From assembly GCA_963809805.1 (NCBI GenBank), contig CAWELB010000001.1, positions 12,447 through 76,446 on the forward strand: 64,000 nt of DNA, in the 5' to 3' direction. Both the position numbers and the translations under genes were made by a program. Each line of letters starts with the position of its first letter. Within the stretch, counting starts at the first letter, position 1. Below are positions 49,643 to 58,654 of this stretch, one piece after another. The notes under the pieces are model-generated. The model did no database searches, was not told the origin of the DNA, and worked only from the letters and a program-made list of their open reading frames with translations. Origin of the DNA: an uncultured Chloroflexia bacterium (GTDB lineage: Bacteria > Chloroflexota > Anaerolineae > Anaerolineales > UBA4823).

Positions 49643-51910
49643 ATGCAGACCACCATCCCTGGCCCTGTCCCCCCCGCTATTAAATCCTCAAACCTCACCA
49701 GACGAATTCGCGAGTTCACCCTCCTCGGCAGAGACCCGGTCCTTTCCATCAGCCTGCTGCTGTCCGGTATCTTCATCTTCATATTTGTCGTATTTCCCCT
49801 GTTCCGCTCGGCGATGGGTGGGTTTGTCTCCAAGGAAGGCGCCTGGGACGTGACCTACTTTGTGCGCTACTTCGACAGCTACTATGGACCTGCCCTGCGC
49901 CAATCGTTTGTAGACACCATGGTAATGGGGTTGTGCACCGCCACCGCCGGCACCCTGGTTGGCTTCATCTTCGCCTACGCCATCGTCCGCTGCCAGGTCC
50001 CCGGCAAGCGCTGGGTGCACTGGCTGGCGCTCGTCCCCACCGTCTCGCCACCCTTCGCCCTCGCCCTCAGCATGATCCTCTTATTCGGTCGCAATGGGCT
50101 CATCACCAACAAGCTGCTCGGCATCGAGTTCGTCAGGGGTATGAACGATATCTACGGGCTGGATGGGCTGGTCATTGTCCAAACTATTACCTTTTTCTCC
50201 GTCTCCTATCTCATCCTCAAGGCCATGCTCGAGCGCCTGAACCCCGCCATGGAAGAAGCCGGCGCCAGCCTGGGCGCAGGTCGCTTCCACCTGTTCCGCA
50301 CCATCACGCTGCCCCTGCTCATCCCCGGGATTGCTGGCTCCTTCCTGCTGCTCTTCGTCGAATCGCTTGCCGACCTGGGCAACCCCTTGTTCATCGCCGG
50401 CAACAAGACGGTTCTATCTGCCCAAATCTTCATGGCCGTCATCGGTGAGTATAACTTCCAGAAAGCCTCGGCCTTATCGCTCGTGCTCATCATCCCCACC
50501 CTGATCATTTTCATCGTCCAGCGCTATTACGTCAACCGGCGCACCTATATTTCGGTCACCGGCAAGCCCGCCGGCTCGCAGATCGTCGAAAAAGACCCGC
50601 TCATCCGCTTTGTATTCAACTCTGCAGTTTATGCCATCATCGCATTCATCATCCTTTTATATGCCACCATCATCTACGGTTCCTTCAGCACCGCCTGGGG
50701 CGTGAACTACGCTCCCACCCTCAAGCATTGGGAAATGACCCTCACCCGCGGCGTCGAAGCCATCCTGGATACCACCTTCCTGTCCGTCCTGGCGACCCCC
50801 TTTGCCGCCATTTTGGGCATGGTCATCGCCTGGCTGGTGGTGCGTAAAAAGTTCACCGGCAAGGATGTGCTCGATTTCACCTCCAACCTGGGCGGCGCTG
50901 TCCCGGGCACCATCCTGGGTATCGGTTTCATCCTGGCGTTCAACAAGCCACCCCTCGCCCTGGCGATCGCCATCTATGCCATCCTGGCGATATTCTATGC
51001 TCAGGTGGTGGGGAAGAATGCCGCTGAGCGTATCCTCATGCTCGTCGTCGGCACGGCCGCCGGCGTGGTCCTCACCCGGGTCAGCTCGGTCACTATGTAC
51101 TACATTCTAGGTGGGCTGTATATCCTGATCGCGCTGGTGCTCCTGTTCTCTCAGCGCAAACTGTCCATCTCCCTGATCGCCCTCTTCCTGGGTGTATATG
51201 TCATGTCCACCAATTGGGCTGCCGCTATCGCCAAACCGATCGTCTCCTTCAGCCAGTCGCTGCCGCGTGGCTTCTTCAGTAATGCAATCTTTCAATTTTC
51301 CGACCATTTCAAGGTGCTCATCCAGCCTACCCCCTCCTTGCTGGCTATCGTGCTCCTTTTTGCCGGGGTGATCCTTCTGCAGGGTGCCCGCGGGCGCGGC
51401 TTCCGCATTGCGCTGGGGGTGTTGGGGCTTGCCATACCCTGCACGCTATCTTTTGTGGGGATTCCCTTTGCCCTGGTGGGCGGGGCGTACATCATCATGG
51501 CTGCCTTCATCGTGCGTAGCTTGCCCGCTTCGGTGCGCTCGGGGGTGGCTGCCCTGCAGCAGATCGACCCCTCCATCGAAGAGGCCTCCAACATCCTGGG
51601 TGCCGATGCCTCCTATACTTTCCGCAAGGTCACCCTGCCGCTCATCCTTCCGGCCCTGTTCGCCGGGCTCATCTTCAGCTTCACCCGCCATATGACCAGC
51701 CTGTCAGCCATTATCTTCCTGGTGTCGGCAAAGTGGCGCATCGTCACCGCCTCCATCCTCAGCGAGTGGGAGCAGGGTGGGGTCAGCATCGCCGCCGCCT
51801 ATTCCACCGTCATCATCATCTTCGTCATGATCGCCATAGTAGCGCTCAACTTTATCGTCAATAAGATGTTCAAGGGCCGGGGCTCAGTCGATATGAGCCA
51901 GGGTTTCTAA
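49643..51910 (+). CDS. ABC transporter permease, duplicated (two fused permease domains)
   Basis: The intact 755-aa ORF has many TM helices and two EAA-like loops (LERLNPAMEEAGASLGAGRFHLFRTITLPL and ALQQIDPSIEEASNILGADASYTFRKVTLPL). Confidence 0.85.
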   Translation: MQTTIPGPVPPAIKSSNLTRRIREFTLLGRDPVLSISLLLSGIFIFIFVVFPLFRSAMGGFVSKEGAWDVTYFVRYFDSYYGPALRQSFVDTMVMGLCTATAGTLVGFIFAYAIVRCQVPGKRWVHWLALVPTVSPPFALALSMILLFGRNGLITNKLLGIEFVRGMNDIYGLDGLVIVQTITFFSVSYLILKAMLERLNPAMEEAGASLGAGRFHLFRTITLPLLIPGIAGSFLLLFVESLADLGNPLFIAGNKTVLSAQIFMAVIGEYNFQKASALSLVLIIPTLIIFIVQRYYVNRRTYISVTGKPAGSQIVEKDPLIRFVFNSAVYAIIAFIILLYATIIYGSFSTAWGVNYAPTLKHWEMTLTRGVEAILDTTFLSVLATPFAAILGMVIAWLVVRKKFTGKDVLDFTSNLGGAVPGTILGIGFILAFNKPPLALAIAIYAILAIFYAQVVGKNAAERILMLVVGTAAGVVLTRVSSVTMYYILGGLYILIALVLLFSQRKLSISLIALFLGVYVMSTNWAAAIAKPIVSFSQSLPRGFFSNAIFQFSDHFKVLIQPTPSLLAIVLLFAGVILLQGARGRGFRIALGVLGLAIPCTLSFVGIPFALVGGAYIIMAAFIVRSLPASVRSGVAALQQIDPSIEEASNILGADASYTFRKVTLPLILPALFAGLIFSFTRHMTSLSAIIFLVSAKWRIVTASILSEWEQGGVSIAAAYSTVIIIFVMIAIVALNFIVNKMFKGRGSVDMSQGF

Positions 51911-51933
51911 TCAACATACTTCGAGGTAAATCA

Positions 51934-53010
51934 ATGTATCTGACGTTGGCAAATATCACCAAAATATTCCCTTCCCGCGGTGGGGGCGGTGAAGTGACCG
52001 CGGTTCACGACGTGAACCTGGATATCGAAAAGGGTGAGCTGATCACCCTGCTCGGCCCCAGCGGCTGCGGCAAGACCACCACCCTGCGCATGATCGCCGG
52101 TTTCGAATTCCCCACCCAGGGCTCCATCATCCTGGATGGGCGCGAGATCAATTCTCTGCCGCCGCATAAACGTGAGATGTCCATGGTGTTCCAGAGCTAC
52201 GCCATCTTCCCGCACCTCACTGTGTTCGAGAATATCGCTTATGGGTTGAACGTCCAGCGCCTGTCGAAGCAGGTGATCGCCGAACGTGTGAACAAGGTGC
52301 TCGACCTGGTGCACCTGGAGGGCTATGGTGACCGGGCTCCCACCCAGCTTTCGGGCGGGCAGCAGCAGCGCGTAGCCCTGGCACGCGCCCTGATCATGGA
52401 GCCCAAGGTGCTGCTCATGGACGAGCCGCTCTCGAACCTGGACGCCAAGCTGCGGGAAGAGATGCGCACCGAGATCCGCCGCATCCAAAAAGCCATGAAC
52501 ATCACCAGCGTGTACGTCACCCATGACCAGATCGAGGCCATGACCCTTTCCGACCGCATCGTGGTGATGAACGCCGGCATTATCGAGCAGATCGGCACCC
52601 CGGTGCAGGTTTACCGCTTCCCCAACAGCCGCTTCGTAGCCGACTTCATCGGGCGGGCAAACTTCGTCCCCGGGGAGGTGCGCGCAAAGTCCGACAGCAA
52701 GCTGAGCGTTAACGTCTTCGGTGAGACCCTCGAGCTCACCAACATCCAGCGCGACTTCCACCAGCTGGAGCCTGTCACGCTCATCATCCGCCCCGAGATG
52801 ATCCGCATCAAGAAGAGCGGTGAGCTGTTCAAGGGGCTCATCCGCCGCATGGTCTACCTGGGTGACGTGATCGAGTACGACGTCGAAGTCAATGGGCAGC
52901 TGCTCACCGGTCTGGAGACCGACCCCTACGTGATGGAGCCCTTCCCCGTGGGCGAGCAGGTGACGGTGGGCTACGCCGAGGGCTGCATCCAGGTGTTGCC
53001 GGGGGAGTGA
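51934..53010 (+). CDS. ABC transporter ATP-binding protein (PotA/FbpC-like)
   Basis: LLGPSGCGKTTTL (Walker A), LSGGQQQRVALARAL (signature), LLMDEPLSNLD (Walker B), and a C-terminal TOBE-like domain. Confidence 0.9.
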   Translation: MYLTLANITKIFPSRGGGGEVTAVHDVNLDIEKGELITLLGPSGCGKTTTLRMIAGFEFPTQGSIILDGREINSLPPHKREMSMVFQSYAIFPHLTVFENIAYGLNVQRLSKQVIAERVNKVLDLVHLEGYGDRAPTQLSGGQQQRVALARALIMEPKVLLMDEPLSNLDAKLREEMRTEIRRIQKAMNITSVYVTHDQIEAMTLSDRIVVMNAGIIEQIGTPVQVYRFPNSRFVADFIGRANFVPGEVRAKSDSKLSVNVFGETLELTNIQRDFHQLEPVTLIIRPEMIRIKKSGELFKGLIRRMVYLGDVIEYDVEVNGQLLTGLETDPYVMEPFPVGEQVTVGYAEGCIQVLPGE

Positions 53011-53018
53011 GGGGAAAG

Positions 53019-53477
53019 GAACACCACAAAGGACCCCAAGGACACAAAGGTTTTTATATTTTTTTTGTAGGGGCGCTCTAGTCCGGTCTGCTGAATCCGG
53101 TTTGCACGTCTACCGGATGTGACCGGATGGCAAGCGCCCCTTCTTTCTTTGTCAAGAACTATGACTGGAATGATTTTATGATTATCCTTCGCGCTCCAAT
53201 TACGCCCATCATTTAATCAACTAAATCATGGTTCAGGGTTCGCTATCACCATGGGTTAAATCCCCTGGCTGTACAAACCACCAAACCCGCCGAAGGCGGG
53301 TTTCCAACGGTTAGCCGGTGGAACGAGTCCGGTCTGCTGAATCCGGTTTGCACGTCTACCGGATGTGACCGGATTCCATCCACCGGCGAGCCGTGCTCGT
53401 AAGATCGTTGATCCCGGCCTTTTTTACCTTCCCCCTATCCCGCGGTTTTGCCGGGATGGGGGGATTGAGGGGGGCGT
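53019..53477. repeat. intergenic modular repeat cluster 2 (modules D 53019-53066, A 53067-53140, C 53172-53236, hairpin 53283-53303, A' 53325-53375, B 53426-53475)
   Basis: GTAGGGGCGCTCTAGTCCGGTCTGCTGAATCCGGTTTGCACGTCTACCGGATGTGACCGGATGGCAAGCGCCCC has complementary outer arms GGGGCGCT/AGCGCCCC. A second partial copy lies 258 bp later, and modules B and C match cluster 1. Confidence 0.85.
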
Positions 53478-53483
53478 CCTGCC

Positions 53484-54161
53484 TTATGCCTTCACCATCT
53501 CCGGTGCTTGAATGCTGTATCCCAGCTGCCTGAACTGGGGGATCGATTCGTCAGAGCTCCACCAGTCGGTGATCTTTCCGTCCTGGAAGCGCACGAAACC
53601 GAATTCATCCCACACCGCACTGCGCCCGTAGCGCGTGTTCAACCCCTGATATTCGGCCTGATAGGCTACCATGTCACCCGCTTCGATCAGGTTCACCAGG
53701 TTGGTTTTCAGGTCGGGATACTCCTTGAAGAATTCACCTGTGCCCATCTCGACCATATCGAAGTGATATTCGAAGCCCTTCACCAGCCCGCGTGTAATCT
53801 CGACCTCGATTTCAGCGTTTTGACGCAGCACGCAAACACTAAGCGTGGTTCCGATCGCACCCTGACCCCACGTGCCTCCCATGCGCAGCTCGTCGAAGGT
53901 CTGCCAAGTGCGATCACCGTCGCAGGCGCTCAAGATCTCATCGCCCACCATCAATTTGCCCTCTGCCGGGCTGCCCGGATAGACTGCCTTGATGATGATC
54001 TTGTCACCGCTGCTGTCGTCCGTCATCACCCCCATGCCCACGTAGGGGCTGCCGTGACCGGTGAATTTCTCGCTGATATATTTTGGGATCAGGTCCAGGC
54101 GTTTCTGGTTGTTCACTTCATCGAAATAACCCCGCAGGATATTGCTGTTCGTTTGCTCCAT
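53484..54161 (-). CDS. SnoaL-like (ester cyclase) protein with an inserted PDZ-like domain
   Basis: N-terminus ILRGYFDEVNNQKRLDLIPKYISEKFTGHG and C-terminus FKEYPDLKTNLVNLIEAGDMVAYQAEYQG...FVRFQDGKITDWWSSDE fit the SnoaL/ester-cyclase fold. About 85 aa in between (IIIKAVYPGSPAEGKLMVGDEILSACDG...) look like a PDZ domain. Confidence 0.6.
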   Translation of the reverse strand: MEQTNSNILRGYFDEVNNQKRLDLIPKYISEKFTGHGSPYVGMGVMTDDSSGDKIIIKAVYPGSPAEGKLMVGDEILSACDGDRTWQTFDELRMGGTWGQGAIGTTLSVCVLRQNAEIEVEITRGLVKGFEYHFDMVEMGTGEFFKEYPDLKTNLVNLIEAGDMVAYQAEYQGLNTRYGRSAVWDEFGFVRFQDGKITDWWSSDESIPQFRQLGYSIQAPEMVKA

Positions 54162-54350
54162 TGTATGCTCCTTTTGAGAAATAATGTTCCCGTTGTGGAG
54201 GGCCCGCAGGCTGTTGTGGAGAAACCATGTTTGCCTACGCCTGTAAATGTCCTCCCTTAGCGGATATCGGACTATTCCGATATAAAATATTATATTTAGA
54301 ATTGTGGATGGAGTCAATAGGCATTCGGTTGTTTCTGGGGGATTCAGATA

Positions 54351-54549
54351 AAGAACGACACGAAGGCCACGAAGAACACCAAGGTTTTTAAATATATTTT
54401 TTCGCTCACATAAGACGTTCGCGACCTGGGGTAGGGGCGGAACGAGTCCGGTCTTCTTTTACCTTCCCCCTATCCCGCTGCTTCTGCGGGATGGGGGGAT
54501 TGAGGGGGGTCGATCATGCCCATCATTCAATCAAATAAATCATGGTTCC
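54351..54549. repeat. intergenic modular repeat cluster 3 (modules D 54351-54410, A fragment 54431-54456, B 54461-54510, C 54513-54549)
   Basis: The same module sequences as clusters 1 and 2, read directly. Confidence 0.8.
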
Positions 54550-54672
54550 GACTTCCCTCCACCGAACAATGAATCGATCAATAATCACAACCTTCACCCG
54601 CTCCCAGGGTTAATCATATATAGAATATAACCGCCCTGCGGAACATATACCCTCGACCTAAGGAGCAACAAG

Positions 54673-54843
54673 ATGAAACTAACCCCACCCAAGAATATCA
54701 CCTGGATCATCGCCCTGATACTGGCGGTAGCAGCATTGCTGGGCAAGACCGGTGTTATTGCCGCCTTCGCCAAGTATGATTTTTGGCTCGCCCTGATCGC
54801 TGCCGGTCTCCTGCTGATAGCCTGCCTCGTCCGAGGCCTGTAG
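54673..54843 (+). CDS. small (56 aa) two-TM membrane protein
   Basis: AAGGAG RBS 8 nt upstream of ATG 54673; MKLTPPKNITWIIALILAVAALLGKTGVIAAFAKYDFWLALIAAGLLLIACLVRGL. It is below the ORF-track length cutoff. Confidence 0.4.
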   Translation: MKLTPPKNITWIIALILAVAALLGKTGVIAAFAKYDFWLALIAAGLLLIACLVRGL

Positions 54844-54945
54844 CTCAGCCCCGTGATGGGGCTGCTGCGCTGTGGCCAGGTAGGTACTAACTATGGGTTG
54901 AAGGGGGATATTTCTATTTAATGGGTAAGGTCCCCCATTTCCCGT

Positions 54946-55122
54946 GTAGGGGCACTCTAGTCCGGTCTGCTGAATCCGGTTTGCACGTCTACCGGATGTG
55001 ACCGGATGGCATCCGCCCATTCTTATTTTGTCTTCAACCATGAGTAGACTGATTTTATGATTACCAAGATTATTCTCTTCGCTCTAATCATGCCCATCAT
55101 TCAATCAAATAAATCATGGTTC
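54946..55122. repeat. intergenic modular repeat cluster 4 (module A 54946-55018, module C 55051-55122)
   Basis: Near-identical copies of modules A and C lie immediately upstream of the RM gene. Confidence 0.85.
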
Positions 55123-55219
55123 GGCATTTTAATGATTTGCCCTCTTACCCAATGGGGTGTATATTTGTAGGGGAACGGATAAAATCTTTCAATATTTTCC
55201 GATCCACTACAACAACCTC

Positions 55220-58200
55220 ATGCCCATACCCGCTACCCTCCTCCAATTAATCGACCAGTTCCACAACCAGCTCGCTTCCTATCGCTCGTCCGACTACAAC
55301 GAAGCCCAAACCCGTAACGAATTCATCGAACCCTTCTTCCATTTCCTTGGTTGGGATGTCTACAACCGGCAGGGCATCGCCTATGCCTACAAGGACGTGA
55401 TCTACGAGGACTCCATCAAAGTCGCCGGTGGCACCAAGGCCCCCGATTATGCCTTCCGCATCGGCGGCACCCGTAAGTTCTTTGTCGAAGCTAAGAAACC
55501 CTCCATTAACCTGAAAGACGAGATCACCCCCGCCTACCAGCTGCGCCGTTACGCCTGGAGTGCTCACCTGCCCCTCTCTATCCTCACTGATTTTGAAGAG
55601 TTCGCCGTTTACGATTGCCGCCCCAAGCCCGATAAATCCGATAAAGCCTCCACCGGGCGCATCATGTTGCTCACCTATCGTGATTATCCTTCCCATTGGG
55701 ACGAGATTTATGATACTTTCTCCAAACCTGCGGTACTGAAAGGCTCTTTCGACCAGTTTGCCGAGATCGCTGCCGGGAAACACGGCACTGCCGAGGTGGA
55801 CGATGCCTTCTTGTTGGAGATTGAGCGCTGGCGTGAGCTTTTGGCGCATAACATCGCCTTGCGCAATCCCTCCTTCAGTCAGCGTGACCTGAATTTCGCC
55901 ATCCAGATGACTATCGACCGCCTGATCTTTCTGCGCATTTGCGAGGACCGCCACATCGAGTTCTATAGTCAATTACAGTCATTGCTCAACGGTGGTGATA
56001 CCTACGCCCGCTTGTGCCAGTTGTTCCGCAAGGCTGACGAGCGCTACAACTCCGGTCTGTTCCACTTCCATGCCGAGCGCGGCGAAGGGGATGCACCCGA
56101 TACGCTCACTCCCACCTTGGTGCTGGACGATAAACCCCTCAAGGATATCCTCGCTAAGCTCTACTATCCCGATAGCCCCTACGAGTTCTCCGTTCTGCCT
56201 GCCGATATCCTCGGTCAGGTCTACGAGCGTTTTCTCGGCAAGGTTATCCGTCTCACCACTGGTCATCGTGCCGTGGTAGAAGACAAGCCCGAAGTCAAGA
56301 AAGCCGGCGGTGTTTTTTACACCCCCACCTTCATCGTCGATTACATCGTCAAGAATACCCTGGGTAAGCTCCTTGAAGGCAAAGCCCCCGGTCAGGTAGG
56401 GGTAGGCAGGGGCACTCCCATACGTGTCTTGGATATGTCCTGCGGTTCAGGCTCCTTCCTGCTCGGTGCCTATCAATATCTGTTGGATTGGTACCTGAAC
56501 GGGTACACCCTCGAGCCTGAGAAGTGGTCCAAAGGTGCCTCTCCCAGGATCTATCAAATATCCGCCCCCGATGGTGTTCTATGGAAGCTGACCACCTCTG
56601 AGCGCAAGTGCATCCTGCTCGACCATATCTACGGGGTGGATATTGACTCCCAGGCAGTCGAGGTCACCAAGCTCTCCCTGCTGCTCAAGGTGCTGGAAGG
56701 TGAGAGTGAAGAGTCGATCGGTAAACAGCTCAGCATGTTCCGTGAACGTGTCCTGCCCGACCTGGCACACAATATAAAATGCGGTAATTCCCTTATCGGT
56801 CCTGATTTCTATACCGATAAGCAGTCTTCGTTCCTCAACACTGAAGAGCAGTATCGCATCAATGCCTTTGATTGGCACCGTGAATTTGCGGAAGTGTTTG
56901 TTTCTTCAGGTGGTTTCGACATTATCATCGGCAATCCTCCCTATATCCGCATTCATAACCTCGTTGATTATTATCCAGACGAAGTCAAATTCATACAAAG
57001 CCATTATTCAACAGCAAGCTTTGGTAAAGTTGACATCTTTGTTGTTTTCGTTGAAAAAGGTTACCAACTACTTAACGAAACTGGCATTCTGAGCTTCATT
57101 CTTCCAAATAAATTCATGCAGGCTGATTATGGAGTCGGACTTCGTAGACTTATAACTGATAAACACGCTCTAGTAGACCTTGTTGATTTCGGGAATTCCC
57201 AAGTTTTCGAAGGAGCTACTACCTATACATGTTTACTTTTTTTGTCGAAAGTCTATCAACAAGGATTTAAAGCGAAATTTAACCGCACATATCTTTCTGC
57301 GGAAAAATTCCTTGCCGAAATTCCACTTGAAGAACGAAATTACAGTACTTTTGGAGTGTCTCCATGGCAATCTGCACCAATTTCTGATTCAGGAATATTG
57401 CTGAAGCTTGAAGAGATCACATCACGATTGGTAGACATGGTTGATTTAGCAATTACAGGAGTGAAGACCGGTGCTAACAATGTTTTTATTTTTGAGATCT
57501 TAGATAGAGATGAACAATTTGCTCGATTACGCCGCGAAGACACAGACGAGGTTGTGGAACTTGAAACCAAATATCTTGTTCCTTATTTAAAAGCAGATTC
57601 TCTTAAACGGTATCATATTGGCAAAGGGTCACGCTTATTACTTTATCCATATCAGCTATTAAATAATCGTACACAATTGGTTCCTGAATCCGATCTTGAA
57701 AATTACCCAAAAACTTGGCAATACTTGCAAAAATTTAAACGAGAATTAGAGGCGAGACAAAAGGGTAAACTAAAGGGGCCTGCTTGGTATGGATTGAGCT
57801 TTTCATCTTCTTTATCAATGTTTTCTGTACCTAAACTTATTACGCCAACACTTTCACCAAGAAATTCATTTTCATATGAGCAATCTGGATATCTATTCCC
57901 ACAAGGTGCTGGCGGTGGCTGTGGCTTAGTACCAAATACAGATTATTCACCTAATTATTTATTGGGTATGCTAAACTCTCGTTTATTGACTTTCTATTTC
58001 CAAAGAATTAGTTCACCCTTTAGAAGTGGATGGTATGCCTATGAACCAAGATTCTTAAATAGAATTCCTATCTATACCATAAATCTCTCTGACCCTGCAG
58101 ATGTCCAGCATTATAACCAAATAGTATCTATCGTTGAGCGAATGCTCTCTCTTCACGAGCAGTTCGCCGGCAGCAACACCCCCGCTGAAAAGATCCTCCT

Positions 58201-58300
58201 CCAGCGCCAGATTGACACCACCGACCGCCAGATTGATGCCCTGGTCTATGATCTCTATGGTTTGACAGACGAAGAGATCAGGTTGGTGGAGGGTTCGTAG
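55220..58300 (+). CDS. Type IIG restriction-modification enzyme (N-terminal PD-ExK nuclease + gamma-class N6-adenine methyltransferase + C-terminal specificity domain)
   Basis: EAQTRNEFIEPFFHFLGWDV and APDYAF..KFFVEAKKP (the PD...ExK nuclease, HsdR_N-like). GGVFYTPTFIVDYIV, VLDMSCGSGSFLLGA (motif I), IYGVDIDSQAV, FDIIIGNPPYI (motif IV NPPY), a long TRD, and a conserved tail LYGLTDEEIRLVEG. Confidence 0.85.
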   Translation: MPIPATLLQLIDQFHNQLASYRSSDYNEAQTRNEFIEPFFHFLGWDVYNRQGIAYAYKDVIYEDSIKVAGGTKAPDYAFRIGGTRKFFVEAKKPSINLKDEITPAYQLRRYAWSAHLPLSILTDFEEFAVYDCRPKPDKSDKASTGRIMLLTYRDYPSHWDEIYDTFSKPAVLKGSFDQFAEIAAGKHGTAEVDDAFLLEIERWRELLAHNIALRNPSFSQRDLNFAIQMTIDRLIFLRICEDRHIEFYSQLQSLLNGGDTYARLCQLFRKADERYNSGLFHFHAERGEGDAPDTLTPTLVLDDKPLKDILAKLYYPDSPYEFSVLPADILGQVYERFLGKVIRLTTGHRAVVEDKPEVKKAGGVFYTPTFIVDYIVKNTLGKLLEGKAPGQVGVGRGTPIRVLDMSCGSGSFLLGAYQYLLDWYLNGYTLEPEKWSKGASPRIYQISAPDGVLWKLTTSERKCILLDHIYGVDIDSQAVEVTKLSLLLKVLEGESEESIGKQLSMFRERVLPDLAHNIKCGNSLIGPDFYTDKQSSFLNTEEQYRINAFDWHREFAEVFVSSGGFDIIIGNPPYIRIHNLVDYYPDEVKFIQSHYSTASFGKVDIFVVFVEKGYQLLNETGILSFILPNKFMQADYGVGLRRLITDKHALVDLVDFGNSQVFEGATTYTCLLFLSKVYQQGFKAKFNRTYLSAEKFLAEIPLEERNYSTFGVSPWQSAPISDSGILLKLEEITSRLVDMVDLAITGVKTGANNVFIFEILDRDEQFARLRREDTDEVVELETKYLVPYLKADSLKRYHIGKGSRLLLYPYQLLNNRTQLVPESDLENYPKTWQYLQKFKRELEARQKGKLKGPAWYGLSFSSSLSMFSVPKLITPTLSPRNSFSYEQSGYLFPQGAGGGCGLVPNTDYSPNYLLGMLNSRLLTFYFQRISSPFRSGWYAYEPRFLNRIPIYTINLSDPADVQHYNQIVSIVERMLSLHEQFAGSNTPAEKILLQRQIDTTDRQIDALVYDLYGLTDEEIRLVEGS

Positions 58301-58324
58301 GGGCAGGTCGCGACCTGTCCCTAC
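58297..58324 (+). terminator. 28-nt near-perfect palindrome overlapping the RM stop codon (hairpin; member of the GTAGGGGC repeat family)
   Basis: GTAGGGGCAGGTCG/CGACCTGTCCCTAC, with one G-T mismatch. There is no U-tract, so terminator function is uncertain. Confidence 0.35.
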
Positions 58325-58556
58325 TAGTCAGCGCAGGTTGACTCGGTGAATTCAGCAGGCGGGGTTTCAACCACCTGATCGCCTTTATTTATCTCACCCC
58401 CGATAAATTGATTTAATTTAGTCTCTTATTCAGACAATATGATAACGGCAACCAAAGATTGCATTATTGTAGGTTGATTTATCCACTTGATTAAAGGAAT
58501 CACAATATAATGGGAACTGTCATCACCCTAATCTCCGCTGCTTAATCACTTTATTA

Positions 58557-58585
58557 TTTACAAATTTGTTATAGGCATCTATATT
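58557..58585 (+). promoter_or_regulatory. candidate sigma-70 promoter for the AT-rich cassette
   Basis: TTTACA-17 nt-TATATT, about 70 nt upstream of ATG 58655. In AT-rich DNA such matches are frequent by chance. Confidence 0.25.
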
Positions 58586-58654
58586 TTTTAAACCTTGATA
58601 TTATAGATCGGGATTAAAAATAATCATAAATATTTGTTAAGAAAGGAAATCGCA

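Noticed and set aside
53019-53066. CACAAAGG/CACGAAGG-rich module D as a coding His/Thr/Lys-rich peptide repeat
   Set aside because: It is always intergenic, occurs in both orientations, is interrupted by stops and is followed by an A/T run. It behaves as a DNA/RNA repeat module, not a CDS.
54679-55041. 120-aa minus-strand ORF between repeat clusters 3 and 4
   Set aside because: It runs through repeat module A and lies antisense to a short plus-strand ORF that has a good RBS and TM helices. It has no RBS or motifs of its own.
55247-55972. 241-aa ORF antisense to the RM gene, and similar antisense ORFs at 46901..47668, 51931..52761, 53508..54260 and 62859..63869
   Set aside because: They overlap strongly supported genes on the opposite strand and show no motifs. 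They are typical shadow ORFs.
55220-58300. Interpreting the 1,026-aa methyltransferase as BREX PglX
   Set aside because: It has an N-terminal PD-ExK nuclease domain typical of Type IIG enzymes. No pglZ, brxC, brxL or other BREX genes are nearby.
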